Assembly (NCBI GenBank): GCA_965248445.1
Contig: CBDFJG010000004.1
Span: 1,280,001-1,344,000, forward strand
DNA length: 64,000 nucleotides
Origin: Planctomycetota bacterium
GTDB taxonomy: Bacteria > Planctomycetota > JAJSAM01 > JAJVHW01
Direction: 5' to 3'
Shown here in pieces: positions 46,249 to 55,500 of the stretch. The position numbers and the translations under genes were made by a program. Below the pieces are notes generated by a model. That model searched no databases. It was not told the origin of the DNA and saw nothing but the letters and a program-made list of their open reading frames with translations. Position 1 is the first letter of the stretch. The number at the start of each line of letters is the position of its first letter.

Positions 46249-47040
46249 ATGAGTTCTGCAAAGAAGTCGTTCACCCTGTGTTGGCACTGCGGTCTGCGCG
46301 TGCCCGCAAAGCGCGCTCGGATGGAATCCGTGTTACACACGCGGACCGCCGCGGAGGGCGGACCGTACCGCAGTTTGCGCTGCTCTGGCTGCGGCGCTGA
46401 CAACGGCGTCATCGAGAACTCGAAGGCCGTTCTGCCCCATCCACTGGAAGGACTGACCGAACCGACGCTGCTGGATCGCATCGTCCCTCGGCAGAGCCGC
46501 GAGCTGTTGCGCAGCGCCGAGGAGTGGTGGACCCGCAATTCCGTCTCGGTGCAGAAGTTCCGCGCGGAACAGAAGAGCGCTCCGCCGCGACCCTATCGCC
46601 AGCAGCCCGGCCCCCATCGCCAGGGCAACGGTCCGAAGCGACGGCGACCGGCGCCTCCGCCACAAGAAGAACCAACGGCGGAGCCACGCCATTCCGCACA
46701 GGGTCCGTCCGCAGAGCGCCACTCCACACAGCGCCACTCCACACAGCGCCACTCCACACAGCGCCAGTCCGCCACCGGCAACGACGAGCCGGACAGAGCC
46801 GAAGCGCCGCGAGAGCCACCGACGCCCTTCGACGATCGAGCGCCTCACGAGTTGCTGGGGATCACAGAGGACGCGGACGAAGCGACGATCCGGTCGGCCT
46901 ACCGGGCTGCGCTGAAGCTCTGCCACCCGGATCGCGTGGCCAACCTGGACCCCGAGATCCAGGAACTCGCCAACACAAAATCCAAGGCGCTCCGCCGCGC
47001 GTACGAGCGGCTCCTCTCCCTCCGCCAAGCCGGCGGGTAG
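46249..47040 (+). CDS. J-domain protein with N-terminal zinc ribbon and C-terminal DnaJ domain
   Basis: CWHC...CSGC; ELLGI...IRSAYR...HPDRV...AYERL. Confidence 0.8.
   Translation: MSSAKKSFTLCWHCGLRVPAKRARMESVLHTRTAAEGGPYRSLRCSGCGADNGVIENSKAVLPHPLEGLTEPTLLDRIVPRQSRELLRSAEEWWTRNSVSVQKFRAEQKSAPPRPYRQQPGPHRQGNGPKRRRPAPPPQEEPTAEPRHSAQGPSAERHSTQRHSTQRHSTQRQSATGNDEPDRAEAPREPPTPFDDRAPHELLGITEDADEATIRSAYRAALKLCHPDRVANLDPEIQELANTKSKALRRAYERLLSLRQAGG
46715..46770 (+). repeat. 15-bp tandem repeat AGCGCCACTCCACAC x3 plus partial (QRHST)
   Basis: directly visible in-frame coding repeat. Confidence 0.9.
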
Positions 47041-47073
47041 CCGACTCGCGCCAGCGCACAGCAACCCCTGCGG

Positions 47074-48045
47074 CTAGCTCGCCGGCGCGACGAAGCGGTC
47101 GCCCGGCGCGAGCGGACAGCCGTTCTGGAACTCACCCGCGGTGAGCACCCGCTTACCTGGGCGCTGCAACTCGAGCAACCGCACCGTGCCCGCGCGCGCT
47201 CCGATCACGATCCCGCCGCGCCCCGCTGCGAGCACGACGCCCGGTCCGCCCGCGCCGGCCTGCACCACGGCGCGGTGAACGTGCACGGGGACCGGACTCC
47301 GCCCGCGTCGTTCGATGACGGCGCGGCAACCAGGGCTGGCCGCCAGGGCGCGTACTCGACGGACCAACTCCGTAGCCGTCTCCGCTGGCGCGTCGAGCCG
47401 CCCGTCTTTCGCACGCAGTTTCTTCGCGTACGTTGCCCTGCTCTCGTCTTGCTGCTTCCCCCGCAACTCCTCGCCGGCCAGGAGCCGAGTCGCCACGTCC
47501 ACGAGCACCGCGCAGCCGATGGCCGTCAACCGCGACCGCAACTCGGGCGCGAACTCATCGGATCCGATCGGCGTCGTGCGCTCTGCGAGCACCGGCCCCG
47601 CGTCGAGAGCGGCAACCATGCGCTGGACGCACACCCCGGTCTCCTCGTCACCGGCGAGGATCGCGCGCCGCACCGGCGCCGCGCCGCGCCAGCGCGGGAG
47701 CAGCGAGAAGTGCACGTTCAGCGGCCCGAGCGGCGCGATGTCGAGGACGTCGTCCCGCAGGATCTGTCCGAACGCAACCACGACGAGGAGCTGGGGAGCG
47801 TGCAACCGCAACCACGCGAGCGAATCCTCGGTGTTCACGCTCGCCGTGGCCAGCAGCGGAAGCTCGTGATCGCTCGCGTACGCACCGACCGGCGTGGGCG
47901 TGGGTTCGCCGCCGCGACCGCGGCGCCGCGCGGGCGGTGTCACGACGACGCATCGAAGCGCCGCACCGACGAGCGCCGAGAGATGCGCGGCGGCGCAGGC
48001 ATCGGTACCCAGGAACGCGATCTCCGTCGCAGCATCGCCCGTCAC
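47074..48045 (-). CDS. fmt: methionyl-tRNA formyltransferase
   Basis: VVAFGQIL, NVHFSLLPRWRGAAP, LDAGP, LQRPGKR. Confidence 0.93.
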   Translation of the reverse strand: MTGDAATEIAFLGTDACAAAHLSALVGAALRCVVVTPPARRRGRGGEPTPTPVGAYASDHELPLLATASVNTEDSLAWLRLHAPQLLVVVAFGQILRDDVLDIAPLGPLNVHFSLLPRWRGAAPVRRAILAGDEETGVCVQRMVAALDAGPVLAERTTPIGSDEFAPELRSRLTAIGCAVLVDVATRLLAGEELRGKQQDESRATYAKKLRAKDGRLDAPAETATELVRRVRALAASPGCRAVIERRGRSPVPVHVHRAVVQAGAGGPGVVLAAGRGGIVIGARAGTVRLLELQRPGKRVLTAGEFQNGCPLAPGDRFVAPAS

Positions 48046-48056
48046 AGCATCGCCCG

Positions 48057-48824
48057 TCAGCCCGACGTCTCCGCGGTAGCGGTCTCCGTCGGATCGCAGC
48101 CGATCACGACGATCTCCCCGAACTCTCCGTCCTGTTGCACGTCGATGCGGCCTTGCTTGAGTAGTTCGAGGAGGGCGAGCAGCATCCCGATCGCGAAACC
48201 GCGCGTCGCGTCGCGCGGCAGGAGGTGCCGGAATTCGAGACGTGCTCCGGCTGGCAGCAGCGCTTCGACACGCGCAAAGTGCTCGGAGAGCGGCGTGTCG
48301 TCGACCGTGACGACGTAGTCGCGATGGGGGCGGATCTCGCGCAACAGCCGGGCGAATGCGCGGAACAACAATTCGACGTCGGCTTCCCCGGCGCGAAGCG
48401 GACGACTCGCGCGTGGCGTCTCGGCCATCTCCGGGTGCATCCCACGAGGGAAGCGCCGGGCGGCGTCTTCGCGGCGGGTCGCCAGCAGATCGGCGACCTG
48501 CTTGTAACGGCGGTACTGGATCAGTTGGCGGACGAGGTCGAAGCGCGGATCGAGCTCTTCGTCATCAAGGACCTGCTCGTCCTCCGGCAAGAGTGCCTGT
48601 GACTTCATGCGCAGGAGCGTCGACGCCATCACCAGGAAGTCGCCGGCCGAGTCGATGTCGATGCGATCGAGGTCCTTCACGTACTCGAGGAACTGGTCGC
48701 AGACCCGTGCCACGGGGATGGTCACGGCATCGAGCTCGTCTTCGCGCAGCAGGTGCAGCAGCAGGTCCATGGGACCGCTGAACTCCTCGAGCTGAACGTG
48801 GTAGGCAGGACCGGTCTCGATCAC
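48057..48824 (-). CDS. scpA: segregation/condensation protein A
   Basis: FSGPMDLLLHL, GDFLVMASTLLRMKS, LALLELLK..QDGEFGEI. Confidence 0.92.
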   Translation of the reverse strand: MIETGPAYHVQLEEFSGPMDLLLHLLREDELDAVTIPVARVCDQFLEYVKDLDRIDIDSAGDFLVMASTLLRMKSQALLPEDEQVLDDEELDPRFDLVRQLIQYRRYKQVADLLATRREDAARRFPRGMHPEMAETPRASRPLRAGEADVELLFRAFARLLREIRPHRDYVVTVDDTPLSEHFARVEALLPAGARLEFRHLLPRDATRGFAIGMLLALLELLKQGRIDVQQDGEFGEIVVIGCDPTETATAETSG

Positions 48825-48946
48825 GAGCGGAGGTTAGCAGCCGCCGTCCCCGTAACGGAGTCCGCGCGAGGCCGCCTCGGCCCGCAAGCCGCGTTGCGGC
48901 GCTGTCCCCCCGACCAGCGGGCAATGGCGGCCCAGGGGAAGGTAGA

Positions 48947-49849
48947 GTGAGGGTTCACCTGGAGGGGGTGAATGGGGTGGTTAGTTCCGGCGGGTCCGAG
49001 GTCGTCTTCCGCGCGCTGCGCGCCGGAGACTCTCCGCGCCGAGTCGGCGAGAGCGCGGTCATGCGCGCATTCGTCGAGGTGCTCGACCGCGTCGCCGCGG
49101 GAGACGCAACGGTGGCCGTGGAGGGCGAGCGCGGCAGCGGGCGGCGCAACGCCGCGGACCGCATCCACTTGCGGTCGGCCCGAGCGCAGGGGCCGCTGAT
49201 CGAACTGAACGGTCGCGCGGCCGTCGCCTCGGGTGACGCCGCCGGCGCCTTGGAGGACGCATCGAAAGCGGCCGCCGGCGGATCCCTCATCGTCCGGCAC
49301 GCGGCATCGCTCAGCGCGCGCGAACTCCGCTGCGCGGATCCGTTGGACGCCCGGTTGCTGCTGCTCGTGGCCCCCGGGGAGGCGGAGCGCGCCGCGCACG
49401 GACACGGCGTCGTCAGCGTGCGTGTGCCGCCCCTGCGGCAGCGCAGGGAGGACATCCCGCTCCTCCTCGAAGCGCTGCTGGCGCCGTACGGTGAGCGCGC
49501 ACCGGCCCTGACCGCCGACGCACTCAGACGGTTGTCGGAATACCGCTGGCCCGGCAACGTCGCTGAGCTCTCGGCCGTTGCGCGGCTGCTCGCCTTGCGG
49601 CACCCGGACGGAGCGGTCGACGTTGCCGCCCTGGACGCGACCCTCCTCCCCGCGGGGGCGCCCTTGAGCCTGGCGGACCTCGAGCGACAGCACATTCTCG
49701 GAATCCTCGCCTCCTGCGACGGCAATCGGACGCAGGCTGCGCGCCTGCTGGGGATCTCTCCCCGGACGCTCTACAACCGGCTGCGCCGCTACCATGGCGG
49801 CGACGGCGAGCAGGATGCCGCCGAACGCCGCTCCGGCCAGCCCAGCTGA
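48947..49849 (+). CDS. degenerate sigma-54 activator-like AAA+/Fis-HTH regulator
   Basis: GERGSGR (Walker A-like), PPLRQRREDI, YRWPGNVAEL, GNRTQAARLLGISPRTLYNRL; no GAFTGA or Walker B evident. Confidence 0.8.
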   Translation: MRVHLEGVNGVVSSGGSEVVFRALRAGDSPRRVGESAVMRAFVEVLDRVAAGDATVAVEGERGSGRRNAADRIHLRSARAQGPLIELNGRAAVASGDAAGALEDASKAAAGGSLIVRHAASLSARELRCADPLDARLLLLVAPGEAERAAHGHGVVSVRVPPLRQRREDIPLLLEALLAPYGERAPALTADALRRLSEYRWPGNVAELSAVARLLALRHPDGAVDVAALDATLLPAGAPLSLADLERQHILGILASCDGNRTQAARLLGISPRTLYNRLRRYHGGDGEQDAAERRSGQPS

Positions 49850-49858
49850 CGAGGACCG

Positions 49859-50866
49859 ATGGAGCCCACTGAATACGAGGCAGCGCGCCCCGAGGACGAC
49901 GACGTCGCATACGGCCGCAGCGTGCTGCGCGCCGAGCTGCGCGCGATCGAGGACCTCGTGCCCCAGCTCGACCGCCGCTTCGCCGAGGCGGTGCAGATGC
50001 TCACGTCGTGCAGCGGCCGCGTCGTGGTCACCGGTGTCGGGAAGTCCGGGCTGATCGGACAGAAGATCTCGGCGACCATGGCGAGCACCGGCACGCCGTC
50101 TCTGTTCCTGCACTCGGGTGAGGCGGTACACGGGGACATGGGACGCGTGCTCGAACAGGACATCGTCCTCGCGCTGTCCTACAGCGGCACGACCGACGAG
50201 GTGATGCGGCTGGTCCCCATCATCAAGAAGATCGGCGCCCCCCTCATCGCGATCACGAGCACGGCCGACAGCGCTCTCGGCTCAGTCGCCGACACGTGCC
50301 TGCCCCTGGGGCGCATCGAGGAGGCCTGCCCCATCGGACTCGCTCCGACGTCCAGCACGACCGCGATGCTCGCGCTCGGCGATGCGCTGGCCATGACGGT
50401 CGCCGAACGCAAGCACTTCGACCGCGAGAGCTTCGCTCTGTTCCACCGCGGCGGAGCGATCGGCCGCGGACTCGTCACCGTCGGCGAAGTGATGCGCCCG
50501 CTCGACAGGCTGGCCTGCGTGCGCCCCGGGACGCCCGTGAGCGAAGCCCTCCAGGCCCAGGCGGCGGCGGCGTGGCCCCGCAGCGGCGCCGTGCTGGTGA
50601 CCGACGACCAGGGCCTCCTCCTCGGGATCTTCGCCGGCGGCGACCTGCGGCGCGGACTCTTGGGGGATCCCGGCCTCCTCACTCGTCCCATCGAGCAGGT
50701 CATGACCGGCGAGCCCAAAGTGGCCCGCGCGACCGACCTGCTGGCGGATGCCTACAACCGGGTGAAGGAGCACAAGATCGACGAGCTGCCGGTCGTGGAC
50801 GGCACGGGCCACGCCGTGGGTGTGCTCGACGTTCAGGACGTCGTCGAGTGGGGCGTCGCGCTCTGA
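49859..50866 (+). CDS. kdsD: arabinose-5-phosphate isomerase KdsD/GutQ (SIS + 2 CBS)
   Basis: TGVGKSG..KISATMASTGTP, EAVHGDMG, EACPIGLAPTSST, ALFHRGG. Confidence 0.93.
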   Translation: MEPTEYEAARPEDDDVAYGRSVLRAELRAIEDLVPQLDRRFAEAVQMLTSCSGRVVVTGVGKSGLIGQKISATMASTGTPSLFLHSGEAVHGDMGRVLEQDIVLALSYSGTTDEVMRLVPIIKKIGAPLIAITSTADSALGSVADTCLPLGRIEEACPIGLAPTSSTTAMLALGDALAMTVAERKHFDRESFALFHRGGAIGRGLVTVGEVMRPLDRLACVRPGTPVSEALQAQAAAAWPRSGAVLVTDDQGLLLGIFAGGDLRRGLLGDPGLLTRPIEQVMTGEPKVARATDLLADAYNRVKEHKIDELPVVDGTGHAVGVLDVQDVVEWGVAL

Positions 50867-51054
50867 GGGCCCGCGCCCCTCTTCCGGCATTCCCTCTTCC
50901 GGTCGGTGATCGACCGGACAATCGACCCGACCCAGCGCCCATCGCGCGCCTCTTTGCCAACCGTGAGCGACCCCGACCTCACCGCCGAACACGCGCCGAC
51001 GACGCCAACCTGGCGCCGCGTCTCGCGTGATCCGAGCAGGCACGAGCAGATGTC

Positions 51055-54003
51055 ATGAAGTTCACGACGTTGCGGCGCGTGACGATCTTCGGCGTCGTGT
51101 TCGGCGGGCTGATGGCCGCCGTCGCGTGGCAGGCGGGAGGCATCCGCGGCAACAAGCCGCACAGGACGGTCTCGGCGGCGCGACCCGACGAGCCCACTGG
51201 CATCGTCACGATCGGCGGCGACGCGGGCATCGGTCGCGGCCGTGGCGTACGCGTCTTCCGGGACGGCGTCGCTCCGGTGGACGGCGCGCCGGTCATGTTC
51301 CGCAAGTGGGAAGCGTGGTGGGAGAAGCAGACCCCCCGCGAAGGCGACGGCCCGGACCGGCACGTCTTGCTCTGCGAGGACTTCCACGTCCTGTTCTTCC
51401 ACGCCGTCCCGGACGAACACGACCCGCGTCCGCGCGCGGTGGAGGGCCCGAACACCACGCGCATCGACGCAACACGCGCCGAGATGGACTCCGGCTCCGC
51501 GCAGAGGGAACTCCGCGCCGACCTGATCGAGAACGTCGTGATCACGCACCATGGCGTCGAGAGCGATCTCGTCCTCAAGACGCGGCGGCTCTTCGTGGAG
51601 GAAACCGCCGAGGGCGGTCGTGAGCGCCAGATTGCGCGCACCGACGAGCCCGTCACGATCACGGGGCCCAGTCTCGAGCTGACCGGCACGGGCCTCGACT
51701 TCGAGCTCGACGCGCGCCCGGTCGTGACGCTCAGACGCGATGTGCGCGCGGAGTTCGTGACGCAGCGCGCGCTCGTCGGTGCGCCGACGACGACGCTCGC
51801 GGGCGAGACCGCAACGGCCGTCATCACGTGCTCGGGGGCGGCGAGCATCGAGGCACTCGAGGGCGCGCGGCGGCGCAACGTGCGGCGGCCCTGGAAGATG
51901 ACGTTCGAGGGCGACGTCGTCGTGAAGCAGGCGGGCGGGACACTCTCGGCGGATCGGCTGGAGATCCAGTTCCTGACCGGTGGTAACCGCGAGCGGAGCG
52001 AGGACGACCTCATGTTCGTGCTGGCCGACGGCAATGTCGTCGCCGGAACGGAGAAGAGCGCGGACGGCAACGCGTGGACCGTGCACACCGCGCGCATGCG
52101 CACGACGCGCGGCGTGAAGTCGGAGTACATCTCGACCTTCGACGGCGGCACGACCATGACCTTCAACGGCGCGCTCGGCGAGACGGACGGAGCCGGGCGA
52201 ATCGAGGTGCGGTCGAGCGGCCCCGCGACTCTGAAGACGGACCGGGCGCCGCCGCGCCCGGAGTCACCAACACGAACTCGCGTGCACTTCACAAAGGACG
52301 CCGTGTTCCGGCAGTGGGACGCGGCGGAGGTCATGACGGGAGAGGTGACTGCGCCCGAGATCATCCTGCTCGGTACGCGCGTGATGGACGCGGACGGGAC
52401 CGTGCGCCCAGAGCCCGACTCACTCACGGCCATGGGCAACGAGACGACGCCGGTGAAGATCTTCCATCGGGGCGTGCGCGTGTCGAGCCGCGTCGCCACC
52501 TGGCGCACGATCGGTGACAAGGGCATGGAGCGACTGCTGCTGAACGGCACGCCGCGAGCGGAGTTCGCGGATGAGTCCGGCTGGAACCCACTCGGGGGCA
52601 GCAAGGCGCTGCGGCCGGCCGTCCTCGAGTTGACCGCCGGAGAAGCGATCGAACTGATGACGATTCGGAAGACGCCGAACGGGGACCCGGCCGCGACTGA
52701 GCGGCCTACGGCCCACGCCGAGGGCGGCGTCACCTTGCGCCGCGTCATGGACGGCCAGGAGACGTACCGGCTCGACTCGAGGAACCTGGACGTCGGCTTC
52801 GACACCGCGCGCCGGCCGGCACACCTACGCGCGTACGGCGACGTGCACCTCGTCGGACGCGGCGAAGCGCCGGGCTCCCCGCGCGTTGAGTTGCTTGGCG
52901 AGCGCCTCCAGGCCGTCCGCGAGGGCGAGGGCGAACCGGGTCCGCAAGGGCTGTGGACTCAGACCCGGCTCGGCGTGTACGGGGACGTCGGGAATCCGGC
53001 GCGCGCGCTGTTCGACGCGCCAACGGACAAGGACGGGCCACGGCGAGCGCATCGCGTCCGCGCGCAGGAGATCACCTACGAACAGAACGGCTCCACGCTC
53101 ATCGCGCGGCGGGACGCGGTGGCGGAGATCAACCGCCGCATGGACGGCGGGGCACCCTCGGGTGTCGCCGACGACGCGACGGTTCGTGGCAACGAACTGC
53201 GCGCCGTGCTCTCGCCCAAGCGCAACCCCACCGACACGGCGGAACTGTTGCGCGTCGTTGCAAGCGGCGCCGCCGTGGTCACAACAAAGACGTTCACGGT
53301 CACCGGCGACTCCGTCACATACGACCACCGAGCCGGCACCGCAACCGTGGAGGGTCGGCCGGCACGCGCCGTCATGCGTGACCGATCCGGACGCACAACG
53401 CGCTCCGGGACCCCTCACGAGTCCACGGTCGTCTCGGAGCGGATCGTGGTCGAATTCGACGGACGGCTCATCGGAGGCAAGGGCGCCGAGCCGCGGCGGA
53501 TCCGCTGCAGCGGCGGACGCATCGTGCTCTACACGACACCCGATGATCGTGCGACGGCGATCGTCAAGCGCGTCTCCGTGGTCGCAGCGGGCGCGATCAA
53601 CGTGCAGCGGGGCTTCGCCAGCGCCGAATGGGACGTCGCGGTGACGTGGGAATCCGAGATGCGTGGCGGCAGCTGGCAACGCGACGCGCGGCTCTCGTGC
53701 GAACGCGTCAACCTGACCATCGACCCACAGGCCGACGCGAACTTCACGGGCCGCATTCGGCACGCGACGGCGATCGGCACCGAGGATGCGCCGGTACGGG
53801 TGGAGAGCGGACGCGTGACCGCGTTCACGGATCGCGTCGAGGCCGAGGGTGCGTGGCTGAAGATGTCGTCGCCGTGGGGCCGCCGCACCCGAATCATCGA
53901 GCGCTCCTCGAACGGGGAGACGTCGGAATTCGAGTTCGACAGCGGCTGGTGGAACTACTTCACCAACGAGTGGCACAACTTCAAACGCGTGGAGTACCGT
54001 TAG
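51055..54003 (+). CDS. large LptC/LptA(OstA)-like beta-jellyroll protein
   Basis: N-terminal TM; TDEPVTITGPSLELTGTGL (LptC-like), FEGDVVVKQ...LSADRL and TVTGDSVTYD (LptA-like); follows kdsD. Confidence 0.65.
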   Translation: MKFTTLRRVTIFGVVFGGLMAAVAWQAGGIRGNKPHRTVSAARPDEPTGIVTIGGDAGIGRGRGVRVFRDGVAPVDGAPVMFRKWEAWWEKQTPREGDGPDRHVLLCEDFHVLFFHAVPDEHDPRPRAVEGPNTTRIDATRAEMDSGSAQRELRADLIENVVITHHGVESDLVLKTRRLFVEETAEGGRERQIARTDEPVTITGPSLELTGTGLDFELDARPVVTLRRDVRAEFVTQRALVGAPTTTLAGETATAVITCSGAASIEALEGARRRNVRRPWKMTFEGDVVVKQAGGTLSADRLEIQFLTGGNRERSEDDLMFVLADGNVVAGTEKSADGNAWTVHTARMRTTRGVKSEYISTFDGGTTMTFNGALGETDGAGRIEVRSSGPATLKTDRAPPRPESPTRTRVHFTKDAVFRQWDAAEVMTGEVTAPEIILLGTRVMDADGTVRPEPDSLTAMGNETTPVKIFHRGVRVSSRVATWRTIGDKGMERLLLNGTPRAEFADESGWNPLGGSKALRPAVLELTAGEAIELMTIRKTPNGDPAATERPTAHAEGGVTLRRVMDGQETYRLDSRNLDVGFDTARRPAHLRAYGDVHLVGRGEAPGSPRVELLGERLQAVREGEGEPGPQGLWTQTRLGVYGDVGNPARALFDAPTDKDGPRRAHRVRAQEITYEQNGSTLIARRDAVAEINRRMDGGAPSGVADDATVRGNELRAVLSPKRNPTDTAELLRVVASGAAVVTTKTFTVTGDSVTYDHRAGTATVEGRPARAVMRDRSGRTTRSGTPHESTVVSERIVVEFDGRLIGGKGAEPRRIRCSGGRIVLYTTPDDRATAIVKRVSVVAAGAINVQRGFASAEWDVAVTWESEMRGGSWQRDARLSCERVNLTIDPQADANFTGRIRHATAIGTEDAPVRVESGRVTAFTDRVEAEGAWLKMSSPWGRRTRIIERSSNGETSEFEFDSGWWNYFTNEWHNFKRVEYR

Positions 54004-54094
54004 GGCGGAGCGACCGACTCCGGGCCTGCGCTGTTCGTGCCCGAGAGCGAGCGGTCGCTGAGCAGGGCGCTGACGCCAGGGAGCCGACCACGTC

Positions 54095-54433
54095 ATGGAT
54101 CTGGGACTGGGCGAGATCATGCTGGTCTGCTTCGTGGCGCTGATGGTCTACGGGGGGCGCCTGCCCAAGGTCGCGCTCGCAGTCGGCCGCAGCCTCGGCG
54201 AACTCAAGCGAGGACTCCGCGAGACGACCGACATGGTGCGTCGAGAGGTCGAGGACGTCGATCCGCGCCCCGTCGTCCGCCGCGCCATGCGAGAGATCGA
54301 GAAGACGACGGACGAGGTGAAGCAGGCCGTCGACCTGGACAGTGCAGATCCGGACAGCGCAGACCCGGACAGCGCAGATCCGGACCGGCCACGACCCGGC
54401 GGCGAGTCACTCGAGGAGGTCGGGTCGGGCTGA
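54095..54433 (+). CDS. twin-arginine translocase TatA/TatB subunit
   Basis: LGLGEIMLVCFVALMVYG.RLPKV...GRSLGELKR. Confidence 0.85.
   Translation: MDLGLGEIMLVCFVALMVYGGRLPKVALAVGRSLGELKRGLRETTDMVRREVEDVDPRPVVRRAMREIEKTTDEVKQAVDLDSADPDSADPDSADPDRPRPGGESLEEVGSG
54338..54385 (+). repeat. 15-bp tandem repeat (DSADP x3) in TatA/B tail
   Basis: GACAGYGCAGAYCCG x3. Confidence 0.85.
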
Positions 54434-54453
54434 CCCGGTGTTGGTCCTCGGGG

Positions 54454-55347
54454 CTACTCCTCGGCGAGGTTGCCATCCGCTTCGTCGAACATCGACTCCC
54501 AGCCGCCACCGGCGGCGGGCGGAGCCGCAGCCGGCGCGACGGGGTCGGTGACCGCGGCCGGCAGATCCAGTGATCGCTTCGTCCGGACCCTTGCGGCCAC
54601 GCGGCCGAGCGCGCCCGCGGACGCGACGTCAACGCCGAATCCGGTCGGCGCAGGTCCGAGCGCGAGAACGGCCGCCGGGAGTACCCCGAGAACCCCGACG
54701 CCAACCCGGGCGGGGGCGGAGACGGGCGCGGCAACCTCGGGCACAGCGTCCGATGCACTGCCCGGCGCGGCCTCCGGCGAAGCGGGCTCGGCAGCATCCG
54801 TGGCGGCCGGCGCTCCGTCTGCGGCATCCTTCTCGGCCTTCTTCCGCGCCGCCTTGGTGGCGTCGACCTTCGCGGTGCGGGCGCGCCTCTTCTTGGCGTC
54901 CTTCTCCCACCCGTCGAGCACATCCATGATCGGGCGACGGGCGCCGACGTAGAGGAAGGGCGCCTTGCCCGACTTTTCCTCGATCTCCGCCAGCACGTGC
55001 TCTCGCGGCATCTCGACCACAGCGAATGTCGCGCTGTCCCCGAACACGTCGATCGGGAGGATCTGCATGTCGCGGCAGAACTCGACACTCAGCAGATCGA
55101 CGGCCGCCCGCGGGATGTCGTACGATACGACGTCGATGAAGGGCAGCCCGTAGTGCGTCGCCACGAGCCTCGCGAGGTCCCACTCGTCGATGGCTTGACG
55201 GTCGAAGAGGATCTCCGAGAGAGGCCTCCCGGTGGTCTGCTGCTCGGCTAGGACCTCCTCGGCCGTGGCGCGGTCCATCAGCCCTTCGTCGAGCAGCACG
55301 TCGTCGAGACGGGTGCGCGCGAGCTTCGTGAGCAGTTTGCGGTACAT
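54454..55347 (-). CDS. stand-alone GspE/PilB N-terminal (MshEN/T2SSE_N) domain protein without ATPase
   Basis: RLDDVLLDEGLM...VLAEQQTTGRPLSEIL...HYGLPFID; low-complexity C-terminal tail. Confidence 0.75.
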   Translation of the reverse strand: MYRKLLTKLARTRLDDVLLDEGLMDRATAEEVLAEQQTTGRPLSEILFDRQAIDEWDLARLVATHYGLPFIDVVSYDIPRAAVDLLSVEFCRDMQILPIDVFGDSATFAVVEMPREHVLAEIEEKSGKAPFLYVGARRPIMDVLDGWEKDAKKRRARTAKVDATKAARKKAEKDAADGAPAATDAAEPASPEAAPGSASDAVPEVAAPVSAPARVGVGVLGVLPAAVLALGPAPTGFGVDVASAGALGRVAARVRTKRSLDLPAAVTDPVAPAAAPPAAGGGWESMFDEADGNLAEE

Positions 55348-55500
55348 CTGACATGGCCTCCCGCAGGCCCCGCGTCGTCTTGGCGTGGCCCTCGCGGACT
55401 CATCGGCAGCAGGCCAGGCTCCGGTTGAGGTCCCGGGCGCCGCTTCAGCCCGGAGGCGTTGCCCGAGCCTGTACCGCCTCGCCGAGTTGGAAGCGCGAAC

